NCBI GenBank assembly: GCA_002269645.1
Contig: NIVC01000100.1
Coordinates: forward strand, 744,001-808,000
DNA: 64,000 bases
Direction of reading: 5' to 3'
DNA from: Macrostomum lignano
Taxonomy: Eukaryota
Below the pieces are notes generated by a model, which did not search any database, had not been told where the DNA came from, and worked only from the letters and a program-made list of their open reading frames with translations. The position numbers were made by a program, and so were the translations under genes. The first letter of the stretch is position 1. Every line of letters starts with the position of its first letter. Positions 1-63,400 of this stretch are shown one piece after another.

Positions 1-299
1 TGCCGCCTCCGCTGAGCATTCTGGGCGAGTTGGCGCGCTGGGTCGTAACAATCTGGGAGACGCTGCGCCACGAAGAAATCGTGCTGCGCCGAAGGACGTT
101 CAGTAAGCACCGAATCATCTACTTCCTCACTCTGCAGGCTTTCGCGATGCGTGGCCAGCGGGCCAAACTGGTTGGCGAAGTTGAGCTGGGAGATCCTGCA
201 CGCCTGATTCCGCAGATGATGCGCAAAGTGAAGCGAATGCAGGGCCGCCTGAGCAACATCAGGGCCAGGCTAGCCGAGGGGAGGTCTAAGCGCGGTTGA
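1..299 (+). CDS. 3' terminal coding segment of a gene entering from the left; possibly a TRPM-like channel C-terminus
   Basis: The frame is open from nt 3 to TGA at 297-299 (PPPLSILGELARWVVTIW...QMMRKVKRMQGRLSNIRARL) and is GC-rich against an AT-rich 3' flank. PPP followed by a hydrophobic helix and a later heptad-like helix resembles the post-TRP-box region and coiled coil of TRPM channels. The family call is pattern recognition only. Confidence 0.35.
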   Translation, partial: PPPLSILGELARWVVTIWETLRHEEIVLRRRTFSKHRIIYFLTLQAFAMRGQRAKLVGEVELGDPARLIPQMMRKVKRMQGRLSNIRARLAEGRSKRG

Positions 300-3006
300 A
301 GCAGATTTTGTGACGATTCTCCGTCTGTGTTGAATCATACTCGTAGTTATATACTAGATAAAATTTAAATCCATCGTTTCCAAACGAAACAAAGAATGAC
401 ACGTCTGACAGTTAAAATGCCATAATTTTTTCATTCCCTATTTGATTATTAAACAAAAGCTATTATTAACTTAACTTTTCTATATTTGCTTTAAAGCATT
501 ACAATCTAGAAAAATAAGTTCCACACAAGCTGCTAGCAGTAGTAGAATAGTTCGACTTCATCTATTTATTAAAAAGCTAGACAGTTGACGGGTAGCTTGT
601 TTAACTAATGTCTCAAAAAGATTAGGTACATTTATTTTCATTTAGAATTCATTTAGACATTGTAGTTTCAGTGATTGTTTTGTTTCTAGCGTTCTAACTA
701 TTCCGTGTTCACTTATGAATCACTTATGGTTTGCTGTTGTTTACCTGATCAATTACCTTCGTATACTGTCTGAAAGTTTGTTAAATGTAGTTTATAGCTT
801 TAGTGATAACATTGCACTTCAAATCATTACATTATTGTACGAGTTGTAAACAATCCTAATTCTTGCTATTGTGCTGAGGCAGATAAAATTAATGTATCCA
901 CATATATGTCTGTAGCAAAATACACAAACTATTTGCATTAAAAATTTGATTTGTAGTATACGCTTCATTTTTTCTGCTAAATAATGGTAACGGGACTCAA
1001 GGTTCTATAAAATATGAATCGCACATCTATTTTTTATGATTTGCCTCTGTGCTTCACTGGGGATAAAATAAAGCACAAATTCAGAAGTCAAAAACTAACA
1101 AAATGTCTGAATTAGAACTTCTAGAAGCAATGTAGCAAGAAGTTATTAACAATGACAACAACAAAATACGCAGTTAGCGTCACAGGGCGCGTCTCAAGGC
1201 CAGGTCGCGAACAAACGACACGCCGCCGGCCGAATCCGGTGCCCCGGCGTCAGCCACCAGGCAGTCGACGAAACGCGGAGTGCAGGCCTGCACCCGCCGG
1301 TAGGGTGCCTGCAGCGTCAGCAGCAGCACCTCCTGCACCGGCTCTGGGTATCGATACGGCCTGCCAGTTGGAGTCGCCGACGACGCAACAGGTCGCTTGG
1401 ACGGACCAGGCCGGTGCGGTGATACAAAGTCAAGGACTCGGCGTTAGAAATAGCACAAATGTTATCTAGTACGGGCTGAGCTTGCCTTTATTATTTGTAA
1501 CGGTACATTTTTATTAATTTTTTCGAAATGAGAACTGTGAATTTTGCACAATTAGCTTTGTAATGTTTTCCTTAGGCCATAGTTTTAATGCAAATTGCTT
1601 ATTTTGTATTAATCTGTTTTTCTCTTTTTTGAAGGCATAAACTTCATATTTTTATACGTTTTTATGTCAAATTGGTTTAGATTTTTACAAAAAGTATTCT
1701 AACGATGCACTTCCTTTAGCATACTTGGATTAGCGGCTGAAGAGGCTCAGAGGCTATAGTATTCGTAAAGCTATCTCTTGATGCCGAAAACAATTTGGGA
1801 CTTCATATTATTAGCTAATTGTGGGTATAGCTAGCTAGTTGAAACAGCAGGAAGGCAACTTTGCTAGGGAAGAATATATTAGTAAGCAGAAATTAACATG
1901 CATACGATTCCATTTACTAGTACTGTAAGCTGTAACAAAAGTAATATAGTTTTTCGTCATTATATTATTCTTTTGTGGATTTTTTTATAATTATTAACCC
2001 ATCTAAATTTATCGAACCTATTAACTGCATGACAGTAAGAACTGCCTTTTAAAAATGAACATTGAAAAGACAAAAATCTAGCTCTATCCTCCAGAAACTG
2101 CAGGTAACTGCATACTTGCACTAAAAATATGATTCCGTATTGAATGAATTTAATTGCGTATACTTATATTGAATGTTGAAGCAATTTTCTCCCGCATAAT
2201 TTATTTATCTCTAGGCGCAAAATCTGACTTCTAGGATATAAAAAGACTACGTATACACGAAGCTAGAAACGCGTCTCAAAGAAGACTAATATTTTACCTG
2301 TTCGACACTCTCACGCCCTAATCTATATACTGCGTTATACCTGAACTGAAAGAAAATGTCTGTAAATTTATCCATCGAACACCGCATTTTTTATTCCCAG
2401 CGCTGGGTACCGAAGCTATAGCGCTTGAAAATAGGAAGAAATGAGCTTTGCACACAGAAAAATGAAGATCCCAGAGGTTTTTTCGGGAGATAATGCCCGA
2501 TACCAGCGCATACTGTCTCTCTTTGAAAGCAAATCCTGTCCATTCTTACCGACTAATTCGGTTTTCAACTGATTTTACCAAGTTACCTCTGTAAGAGTGC
2601 CGAACAGGATTCAATAAAAATTTTAATATTTTTGTCATTACTCTACACATATTTGTTAATTCGTGCTAAAATTATTAGCTGATTTTACTTAATTACATCT
2701 GCAGAATTTAATCACGAGGGCAAAGATTTTCATTCTTTCAATCAATTATTAAAAGCCCGGTTCTTTGAAAGCGTGGGCAACACGCACGAAATTTTGCAAC
2801 GAAAGGAAGAACTGAAATCGATGCAGTATCACGCAGAGAAACGGGCAGCTAGAGGTTCATGGCTGCTCAAAGACAGGCAAATAAGCAGTCGCGATATTGC
2901 AATTCGAAACGTAAAACGATATGGGACCTGTACGAGTATTTGGTCAATCGATTCGATGCGATCAATGAAAATTTTCGGTATCAAATTTTCAAAGCAAACA
3001 GCCAGT

Positions 3007-13844
<10,838 letters not shown>

Positions 13845-15249
13845 GCTCCGGTGACTGGGGGTCAAGGAAAAAATTTCCCGAGTTGAATAAAGAAACTCAA
13901 CTGAGCGGTGCTGTTTTACCTCAATGCTGGCGGGGAAGTTGCAGATCTCTCATCGCTCTCTTCAATCTGTAGCAGCCCCATGGGCCTGCACTCAACAGCC
14001 AATAGGAATGCTTTGAGCCATATATTTAGCTTCCTTGCCTTCCAGTTGAGTTGCCATGGATACTAGAGACTCCAGGCGGGCATAGGGTGATTAGACAAGG
14101 GAACAGCATGGGATGGAACTGGTCAGAGAAGGGAGAATGGGAGTTGGTGGGGTGAGATAGATATATAACAGTCGGGATATTTCAAAGAGCCTGTGGCATG
14201 CGCCAACCTCAAGAGAATATCAAGCTGCTGCGTATAGGCTGAAAATTGAGCACCATTGAGTACCCCCCCCACCTATAATAATTTAATTAATTACGCGGCT
14301 CATGGAAGACGCTGTAAAATATGTTTTTGTTTTTCATAGGGTGCTAACTATAGGCTAAATAGTTCTACTAATTTATAGCTTCTAGTACTTTATAACAAAA
14401 TTTTAGGAGGCGGGCTTCTATTTTTTTCAGCACAGAAGTTGTCAGTGTTTTAATGATAATGATAAAATGATGATTCTATGTTAATTTTATATCCTACGTA
14501 AAACCTGCCTCCTAATTTTTTCAAGAAACGTAGACCTTCTACCAGAGTAGTCCAATGCGTGGGTTGTTTTGTTAGGATGAATGGATTTTTGCTTGCTTTT
14601 TGGCCACATGCGGTTGGCTCAATAGGATTTAAGATTGATTAGAAATTATTAATGCTGACCTTAGCTCTTAGATGAGATAATTGATAGATAATGAGGATGG
14701 CTGTAAATTTTATGATTCTCAACGACCGTTCATCAATTGGTTGTTCGTTAAGTACGTTTCGTTTTGAAGTACTTTCAACTGTACAATGTATAAACTGACT
14801 GCCTTATGTGAGTGACGTAGGCTCTATTCATAACTATATACTAACCGCAGTCGATTCTGCTTAACTTTCACGCGCTGGCAGTGAAACTTCTTGATTTTGG
14901 CAAGCGTCAAAGAATATTTGCAAGGAATTTGTGGCCCAATTTTTGCCCATTTCACTGACTCGGTGTACATCGGTCCTTTGACTTTCTAATCATCGTCAGG
15001 CATCTACACTCGTTGCGCCTTGGGGGGCCAAGTACGATTATCCCTTCGCCCAACATGCTTGCACCACAAGCGAACCGGGGATCAAACCAGGGGCTTTCGT
15101 TTACCGCTTAGCTGTCCGAATTAGGGAATTCTTTTTAATCCTTCAATGTCGAGCAGATAAAAACCTTTGGCTTCAAAGCAGAGCACCCCTTTTGTAAACT
15201 CCAGAGTTATTTCTTGATTAAACTAATTAATTCCCACTACAAACAGCGC

Positions 15250-16420
15250 CTTCTCTCCCTCTCCCCCTCTTCTTTCCCTCTCTCCCCTCTTCTATGCCTC
15301 TCTCCCCTTTTCTCTCCTTCTCTCCCCTCTTCTATCCCTCTCCCCTCTTCTCTCCCTCTCTCCCCTCTTCTATCCCTCTCTCCCCTCTTCTCTCCCTCTC
15401 TCCCATCTTCTTTCCCTCTATCCCCTCTTCTTCACCTCTCTCCCCTCTTCTCCCCCTCTCTCCCCTCTTCTCTCCTTCTCTCCCCTCTTCTCTCCCTCTC
15501 TCCTCTTCTCTCCCTCTCTCCCCTCTTCTATCCCTCTCTCCCCTCTTCTCTCCCTCTCTCCCATCTTCTTTCCCTCTATCCCCTCTTCTTCACCTCTCTC
15601 CCCTCTTCTCTCCTTCTCTCCCCTCTTCTCTCCTTCTCTCCCCTCTTCTATCCCTCTCTCCCCTCTTCTCTCCCTCTCTCCCATCTTCTTTCCCTCTATC
15701 CCCTCTTCTTCACCTCTCTCCCCTCTTCTCCCCCTCTCTCCCCTCTTCTCTCCTTCTCTCCCCTCTTCTCTCCTTCTCTCCCCTCTTCTATCCCTCTCTC
15801 CCCTCTTCTCTCCCTCTCTCCCATCTTCTTTCCCTCTCCCCTCTTCTTCACCTCTCTCCCCTCTTCTCCCCCTCTCTCCCCTCTTCTCCCCCTCTCTCCC
15901 CTCTTCTCTCCTTCTCTCCCCTCTTCTATCCCTCTCTCCCCTCTTCTCTCCCTCTCTCCCATCTTCTTTCCCTCTATCCCCTCTTCTTCACCTCTCTCCC
16001 CTCTTCTCCCCCTCTCTCCCCTCTTCTCTCCTTCTCTCCCCTCTTCTCTCCCTCTCTCCCATCTTTTTTCCCTCTCTCCCCTCTTCTCTCCTTCTCTCCC
16101 CTCTTCTCTCCTTCTCTCCCCTCTTCTCTCCCTCTCTCCCCTCTTCTCTCCCTCTCCCCTCTTCTCTCCCCCTCTCCCCTCTTCAATCCCTCTCTCCCCT
16201 CTTCTCTCCCTCTCTCCCATCTTCTTTCCCTCTCTCCCCTCTTCTCTCCCTCTCCCCTCTTCTATCCCTCTCTCCTCTTCTCTCCCTCTCTCCCCTCTTC
16301 TCTCCCTCTCCCCTCTTCTCTCCCCCTCTCCCCTCTTCTCTACCCTCTCTCCCCTCTTCTCTCTCTCTCTCTCCTCTTCTCTCCCTCTCCCCTCTCCTCT
16401 CCCCTCTCCCCCTCTCCCAT
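15250..16420. repeat. Polypyrimidine (CT-rich) minisatellite
   Basis: CTCCCTCTCTCCCCTCTT-type units in the Amt-alpha2/delta intergenic region. Confidence 0.95.
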
Positions 16421-17079
16421 TTCGTTTGTGTTTTCTCTGATCCCATCTATCTTCTCTCCTCTCCTCTCTCGTCTCTGAACTTCTATTCCCTTACCTTTTC
16501 ACTGTAATTCATGGTATCTCACAGCCAATGAGCTGGAGTTCTTCATATGGCCCCTTAAATAAAGAAGGCAGCTCTACGCCACACGTTTCTGCCAACGAAT
16601 TCACAGGTGCTAAAGCACATCATTACGCGACAATGGACAAATGCAGAACCACTCGTATAAAAAGCTATTTTAGTCCAGAAATATATCTACGGATGCATTA
16701 AAAGCCTGTCATTTTAGAACAATTTTCCAGGAAACGATCAATCAAAAAAGTTAGACAAATCATGCACTTCAACTGTCAACACGCTAATGGATGTGTCTGA
16801 ATAATATTTTATGCTATCTAATAACTTTGGTGTTAGTACGAGTACGGAGCGTACGTTTTCATTAGAGCATTTCAGTAGGCATTTTTCATTAGAATTTCCT
16901 GGGCTTTTAACGGGGTACAATTTTTAGCAGAAAATAGCTTACGCTTCTGCATCGCACTACTAGTTCAGTAGGCGACTAACGTAGTTTTTGCAAAATATTT
17001 CCTGAACAATATTGAATCAAATAAACGGTTTTTCGTTTAGTATTTCATCATTTTCGGTTAAAGACTCATTGGTTGCTGA

Positions 17080-17355
17080 GTGTCTAGTTTTGGTTACTAC
17101 TTGTCCAGTTTTGGTTGCTATGGCTCCAGTTTTGGTTGCTATGGCTTTAGTTTTGGTTGGTATGGGTCTAGCTTTGGTTGCTATGGGTCCAGTTTTGTTT
17201 GCTATGGCTCCAGTTTTGGTTGCTATACTTCCAGTTTTGGTTCCTATGGGTCTAGTTTTGGTTGCTATGGGTCTAGTTTTGGTTGCTATGGGTCTAGTTT
17301 TGGTTGCTATGGGTCTAGTTTTGGTTGCTATGGGTCTAGTTTTGGTTGCTATGGT
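17080..17355. repeat. 21-bp minisatellite (TTTTGGTTGCTATGGGTCTAG)
   Basis: About 13 copies; 7-aa periodic ORFs. Confidence 0.93.
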
Positions 17356-17934
17356 CCATTTCCTGTCCTTTCTAAAAAGTTCTAAACCTACATGATCGAA
17401 AATCATTTTGATCAGAAAGCTCTGCATGGGATTGGCAAGAACCAGAAAAAGATTGGCTGACGAGCTGCTTCACCTCAAATCAAAATTGCAAAATATAATC
17501 TAGTCGATTATAACAAAATACTAAAATCGTGTCGCGCTAATTCTAGACAGCTTATGTCTTCTCAGTTGACTGTGAAAATATACTAAATTTTTCATGACAA
17601 TCAATCTGAAACCTTTCGATAAACTACAACAGGTAGCTACTGAAATTTGATGAGGAATATTTTACAAGCGTATTCACCCCTGATTGACAGCTCTCCGAGA
17701 GTACGACCTTTTTGCACTCATATTGGCTCAGCTGTCAGGGTAGTGTTTGGGAGTGCAAACAGTCAATTTTTTAACGCTAAAAAATTCTGCATAAAGGTCT
17801 GAGTTACTAATAAAACAGAAGTGCCACTATGACACGCTTTTGAACAATTTTTGATTGCATTTTTAATTTGATGCTGTTGGCAAGGCTTTCCAGGGTTTTC
17901 CTAGCATTTCCCGTAGCCTACTCTCTATAATCCC

Positions 17935-18565
17935 CACATGCCCCTCTCCCCATCCGCCCCTCTCCCCCATCCGCCCCTCTCCCCATCCGCCCCTCTCCCC
18001 ATCCGCCCCTCTCCCCCATCCGCCCCTCTCCCCATCCGCCCCTCTCCCCATCCGCCCCTCTCCCCATCCGCCCCTCTCCCCATCCGTCCCTCTCCAGATT
18101 CGCCCCTCTCCCCATCCGTCCCTCTCCACATCCGCCCCTCTCCCCATCCGTCCCTCTCCACATCCGTCCCTCTCCACATCCGTCCCTCTCGCCATCCGTC
18201 CCTCTACCCATCCGCCCCTCTCCCCATCCGCCCCTCTCCCCATCCGCCCCTCTCCCCATCCGCCCCTCTCCCCATCCGCCCTTTCCCCATCCGCCCCTCT
18301 CATCCGTGCCTCTCCCCATCTGTCCCTCTCCCCATCCACCCCTCTCCCCATCTGTCCCTCTCCCCATCCGCCCCTCTCCCCATCCGCCCCTCTCTCCATC
18401 CACCCCTCTCCCCATCCGCCCCTCTCTCCATCCGCCCCTCTCTCCATCCGCCCCTCTCCCCATCCGCCCCTCTCTCCATCCGCCCCTCTCTCCATCCACC
18501 CCTCTCCCCATCCGCCCCTCTCTCCATCCGCCCCTCTCTCCATCCGCCCCTCTCCCCATCCGCCC
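17935..18565. repeat. 16-bp C-rich minisatellite (CGCCCCTCTCCCCATC)
   Basis: Visible tandem periodicity. Confidence 0.95.
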
Positions 18566-19034
18566 TGTCCCTCACTGCAACGGAACTGTCAGTCAGCACT
18601 ATTGTTACTGAAACCAATAGCATTTTTTTACAGCTTCTAAGAGCCACCTATTCAGTATAATCGATTCCCAAAAAAATGACCCAGGCCTTCAAAATCGCAA
18701 AAAATTATTTCCAGACCAGCCACGCCAACTACGCATCCGATTTGCATTAGTTTGATAAACCTGTCAATCAAATGCAAAATGTGGAGAGAAATTAATTAGC
18801 ACAAGTATTGATCAGCGAGCCTGTGGAAACTATAATATACTCGGCTTTGTAAAGTGACTGCAGGGGTGGCATCTCTAGCAGCTTAAACTGATTATTTTCA
18901 CTTTAGAGTGCAGCAGAGCCCATCGGTTACTATAGGCAAACACTTGTACGATTGGTTCCTGAATGGGGCGGTGGCATGGACTGATAGACCGTCTTTTTAG
19001 TAGCTGTGGGGTGTTTCATAATGGCGAGTGACGC

Positions 19035-19870
19035 TATCATGTGTGTCATAGTGACGCTATCATGTGTGTCATAGTGGCGCTATCATGTGTGTCATAGTGG
19101 CGCTATCATCTGTGTCATAGTGGCGTTATCAGGTGTGTCATAGCGACGCTATCATATGTGTCATCTGTGTCATAGTGGCGTTATCATCTGTGTCATAGTG
19201 GCGCTATCATATGTGTCATAGCGACGCTATCATATGTGTCATAGTGGCGCTATCATATGTGTCATAGCGACGCTATCATATGTGTCATAGTGGCGCTATC
19301 ATCTGTGTCATAGTGACGCTATCATCTGTGTCATAGTGACGCTATCATGTGTGTCATAGTGACGCTATCATGTGTGTCATAGTGACGCTATCATCTGTGT
19401 CATAGTGACGCTATCATCTGTGTCATAGTGGCGCTATCATCTGTGTCATAGTGACGCTATCATATGTGTCATAGTGACGCTATCATCTGTGTCATAGTGG
19501 CGTTATCATGTGTGTCATAGTGACGCTATTATCTGTGTCATAGTGACGCTATCATCTGTGTCATAGTGGCGTTATCATCTGTGTCAAAGTGACGCTATCA
19601 TCTGTGTCATAGTGGCGCTATCATCTGTGTCATAGTGGCGCTATCATCTGTGTCATAGTGGCGCTATCATCTGTGTCATAGTGACGCTATCATCTGTGTC
19701 ATAGTGACGCTATCATCTGTGTCATAGTGGCGCTATCATCTGTGTCATAGTGACGCTATCATCTGTGTCATAGTGGCGCTATCATCTGTGTCATAGTGGC
19801 GCTATCATCTGTGTCATAGTGGCGCTATCATGTGTGTCATAGTGGCGCTATCATGTGTCATAGTTGGCGC
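19035..19870. repeat. 23-bp minisatellite (GTGTCATAGTGGCGCTATCATCT)
   Basis: About 35 copies ending about 340 bp upstream of the alpha2/delta ATG. Confidence 0.95.
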
Positions 19871-19954
19871 CAACATAGCAAGTAGGATTTGCGTCAGCTT
19901 TTTTAGAATCATGCTAGTTACGAGCATTTCTTGGAAATGACATCCTGGAAGCTG

Positions 19955-20000
19955 GTCAGCAGCCAATCAGAATCGCTGATTCCAGCCAGTCAATCCTGGA
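19955..20000 (+). promoter_or_regulatory. Candidate CCAAT (NF-Y) box region upstream of alpha2/delta exon 1
   Basis: CAGCCAATCAG at about 19960. Similar AGCCAAT motifs lie at about 13997 (Amt upstream) and about 59982/60037 (iGluR upstream). Motif match only. Confidence 0.35.
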
Positions 20001-20213
20001 TCAGTTAGCACTGGCGCCCACCATAAAAGCCAAACTGACTTAGGGAGAAGAAATTATCTTTGCGAAAGCATTACTTCCAATAGAATTCTGGTTATAATAC
20101 TAATTACTATTATAAATAAGATCAGTACAGATGATTGGCATGGATTATTGGCTAGTAGAATTCAGCATTTCTTCGGTTTGAAGACGAATCGAAATCCTGC
20201 AGCTGCACTAGGA

Positions 20214-58583
<38,370 letters not shown>

Positions 58584-60435
58584 CCAATTGTATTGTTGAT
58601 TAAATTGATTGATTGTAGTACTGACTTGAATATGTTTGTCTTTGTTAGTTAGTTTCTCACTGCCTTTGTCTTATGGTTTAAATGTTGAGTCGAATTTGTT
58701 ATATAGCACAAGTTAAAGTTCATAATTACGTGTAGATTAAATAGGCTGATTGTCGAGGAAAATCAACGCCCTTATTGAAAATTAATTTCCTAGATTAAAG
58801 GAAATGTTAGCTGTTCTGATTTTAAAATAATTTTTTACTATTTAGTATTTGTTATATGTATGGCGGTCGATTTCATCGGACTCGGTTGACAGTTTTCAAG
58901 TTTGTCCGAACTTTAGAGATTTTTTGCTCCCTTTTTGGCCTATGGTTACAATTCACATCCGCCATGTTGATTACGGCTCGTATATGCGTTTCACGCGGAA
59001 GACCAAAGTTTGTGCTAATTTATTGTCGTTTGAGTCTGAGATTTTCCTAAACAGGGGCAAACCAAAATAAAAAAAGCATACGAGTTGTTTTCAAAAGCAA
59101 TTGTGCCACTTATAATGAAAAAGCCTATTCCAATAGTAGACTGTAAAATATATTTCACTTCCTGCCTGACAGCTTCTGTCATTATGTTGTAAAAAGCGTT
59201 AATATTTTCTGGTGCAAAAACTCAAATACCAACTTGACTTATTAGGCTTGACCCAGTTGCAGGGGGGATACAGCAGGGAGGAGGCGCTGCGGTGTCGCCT
59301 AGGAAGATCCGGTGGTGCCGAGATCCAGAAGTCCATGAGTCCCGGAGGTTGATAGTCGCTGGCCCGGTAGCCCTTAGGTAGCGGACGAGCTGGCTGAAAC
59401 TCTCGGGCCTGAAAATGCATGAAAGGCCGGGTTTGGTCTGGGGTAAGTGAGTAAAGTCCTGAGTTAAAGGCGGAACATTCACAGATGAAATATTTTTCGA
59501 TAATGTTTACATTTAGACACCCAGTTTTAATAACCTGCTTCTGTGTGCCAGCCGAACTTCAACCAGTTTTTCTGCTTTAATTATTTTCCGAAGCACTTTA
59601 GGAAGCTCAAAAAGCTTTTGACAGCCTGGAAGAACAATATTTTTGTCACGCCAACGTTTCCATTAAAATTAATTTGGATTGACGCGAAATAGATGAAATA
59701 TTGGGTTGCTCATGAAACTATCCACGCAGAAAACAGTGTTCGACACGAGATCGTCAATCAATCAATCAATTCTGACATCCTGTCGCGTGACATCTCACTT
59801 CATTCAAACGATTTGATTTCGATCTTGTAGAATTCGATTTCAGTCCATTGCTTAGTTAATTAATTAAAGTGCCCAACCAATTTTCAACCGAGATTCGGTT
59901 TAAGTGTTCAGATGAAGCTTTGTCAAAGACACTTAGCTAGGGCGATGCTACTTTGGTGCGACCATCAGTTTCAGCTGGGTTAGCCAATCACTGCAGAACT
60001 TAATTCCATCTGAGTAAAATCATGCTGCTGGATCCAGCCAATGAGATGCAGCGTGGAACTGGGCTTATTTAACTCAACAGATATTCAAGCGAATCAGGTA
60101 CTTTATTTTCCTTTAGAAAGCAACTTTGGTACAGGTGATTATGCGCAATCGCTAGAATAATTAAAAGAGGAATCAAAGTTTTGTTAAAATTCATTTCGAC
60201 AATAAAAGTGGGCCAACCTTTGAGGTAAGAAAACTAAAAGTTCTTTTTGCCGATTTGAGTAAATTTTAACTTACATTGAGTTCAGCGCTTGAACTTCAAC
60301 AACAGTAAGATCATCAGTTTGGGGCGAACACTTTTAGCTGTTTAGGTTCCTTTTATCTGCATGATTTTTCGATTTGTTATTTAAAAAAAATTGTCTGCAA
60401 AACTAGACGAGCTGGAAAGGAAAGTCCACAGTGCA

Positions 60436-63400
60436 ATGCAAACTTGGCGCCTGCTACTGCCGCTATGCCTATTCTGCCTGCCAGCAATCAACTGTCAACT
60501 GCGAGTGGAACGTAACAAAATTAGCAGCGTTTTCTGGGAGTACCATGCCTGTAAGCGACGCGCGATAACTTAATAACACTGTTTATTCAAGGCAGATATT
60601 TTCAATTCCTGCCCACAAACCAAACCAGGGAGCCGCAATACGGGCCGAAAACTATCGAGCAACGACTATCAACGGGAGCTGCCGGTGTCTGAAACTGAAG
60701 CTTCCGAGCTCAGTGAGTCTGCTGAATGACGTCATTAATAGGGATTAAATGTTTCTATAGCTGTTTGGTTAAAGACAACTTTTTTGTCAGAATTGTCCCT
60801 AATATTTATTCCGTGAATTCCGCGAAAACAAAGGCAAAAATACACAAACTCTCGCGTTTCAAAAAACCAATCGGCTATTTTCCATCAACTACTCGTACAA
60901 CAGCTTTCACTGCTTAATGGAGCGGCAGAATTATGAAAAAAATAGCGACTGGATCTGCCTGCTGACCCCTGCGATTTGCATTGGAGGGGACCCAGCGGGC
61001 ACCGGACAGGCTGTCTAAATCCCAGGGCAGTTGGCTGAGAAATGAAGCGGGCGAGAGAGCGCTCTGCAAACTGCAGCGAGCATCGTTAAGAGGGGAGGGC
61101 CAAGCAGGAATGCAGATAGAGGTCGGATCCGCATCGGAGCATGACTGAAAAATCCAGGCGAATGAGTATGGTTCAGATGTTAAATGACTTTGTAATTAGG
61201 CCGCAGAACCAACTGTTGCGGCGAGTAAAATTTACCAGTTCCAGTAAAATGCATGCCGTACTCCCACCCTCAGTGTGCAGCACTCTATCCCAGCTACCTA
61301 GCGACGCAGATCTGGTGGCAATTAGCGGTACATCATTTCATCCAGCTCTAAACCGGTTCTGCCAGCTAGCTAGAATAGCTTGCGTCTACACGGACAGCCA
61401 GGTGGGCAGGCACATGCCCACAGACTGGCAGTACAATGCCATCAACTTCTTTCCCGCACCCGAGCTGAGAAGTCGGTCAATCTACGAATTCGTCAAGTGG
61501 AGCGAATGGACCGAATTCGCTGTGCTTTACACCGGATTTCACGGTGAGACTACTGCGTGGTCACTTGGTTCGAGTTTTCAAATTGCTACTTATACCTTGC
61601 AAATCCTTCCTAGATTTGGAGCGAATGCACACCCTGCTGCCATTCCCCAATGGTCACGTGATGTTTCGCATGATAAACTTGGACTCTCCTAGCCTGACAT
61701 TTCGGTTGCTGACTCAACTAAAGCTGACTACAATGCACCGGTTCCTGCTCGCCTTGCCGCAGACTCTGGTACCCGAATTTCTCAATCTAGTGAGTATCTG
61801 ACAAATATTATCAGTGTAAACAAAATTCTAGTCTGTACTCTGTCGGTACTAAATCTAAAAGTAATCACTATAGTTTCTTGGAAAGTTTTCACATGCTAGA
61901 ACACGACGTCTGCCAGAAATAAATGTCTCTATCTCCCTGATAGATTTTGGAAAGAAAATGAAGGCTTTGAAATTTTTCCAAGAATCGTCCATCATAGTTT
62001 AGAATAGTTGTACCTTCTATATTACGTTAACTACTAAAAAATTAATATACTTCAGGCCTCTGCAGCGAATTTAACAAGCATGGCCTACAATTTCCTTCTC
62101 GTTGGCGGCGTAAGTAAACGACACTTAAATGCATAAATATGGTGTAACACAGTAAATACAAACGCGTGAAACTGCCCTGCCAAGATTCAGGAAAGTCCAT
62201 AGTAGAGTGATCGCAGAACAATTTTAGTGCCAACTTAGGCAGCAATATATAGTGTTTTGGGGGCGAAAGCGCCTGTATAATGCTTAGTTGATAGCGGATC
62301 TATTAAGTGACCTTAGCGAGCAAAATTGGGTTGGCGATTAAACTGGACTGATCTAGATGACAGTTCCCGGTTCCATAGTCGGTTCCGGTTTTTTAACAGA
62401 ACGATTTGAAACGAGGAATCTAGGCATAATGAAAACTGGGGAAGACCGGCAGATGAACAACTTTCATCAGTTCACTCAACTCTCTCTGGTGCTTTTTATG
62501 AAGTTCTGGTGCTTTCAGAAGCGTACGAGCCGTACACAGGCTTTTTTAGGGTCAGGCAATGAGCCAGCATCAGGGGCGCTAAAAAGAGGATCGCCAGCAC
62601 CAACCAGCGCCAGACCCTTACAGATTCAAACTATTTACTATTTATGTCTTTATACAGAATTTAAGCACTGATCGGTTCTGATTAAACATTCAAATTATTT
62701 TAGCCTCCGGTAAAGCTAGAAAAAACCTTTTACACTGGTAAAGAGAGGAGAGAGGAGAGAGGAGACAGAAGAGAAGAGAGCGGAGAGAGGAAAGAGGAGA
62801 GAGGAGAGAGGGGAGAGTAGAGAGGAGAGAGGAGAGAGAAGAGAGGAGAAAGGAAAGAGAAGAGAGGAGAGAGAGGAGGAGAGAGAAAAGAGTAGAGAGA
62901 ATAGAGGAGAGAAAAGATATAAAAGAGGAGAAAATGAAAGAGTAGAGAGGAGAAAGAAGAGAGAAGAGCGGAGAGAGCAGAAACGAGAGAGAAGAGAGGA
63001 GAAAGGAGAGATAATAGAGGAGAGAGGAGTGGGGAGAGAAGTTTCAAAGGAGCCGATCGACGTAGAGAAGGGCAGAGGCCAGAGGCCAGAGTTTTCCAAC
63101 GCATGCCTTTGACAGACGTTGCCTATCATTTTGCGCGGCGCCCCAGCCGAAGAAATCAATGCTTGCCTGAAATCTTAATTTAACATGAATTTACTCCCGT
63201 TTTTGTTTACCTCTATCCTAAGTATTAACAAGTTTTTGTTTGTTTGAGTATGATTTCAGATTTTAGAACTCATGCAAAAATAATTCCGGGGATTCAAATT
63301 CGACGGGTTCCAAATCCTCGGGTTTCAACAGCTTGTTACTAATCTAAAACCGTTCTACAAATCTTGCAGATGAATCGAACCTACTTCAGGGAGCACGTTG

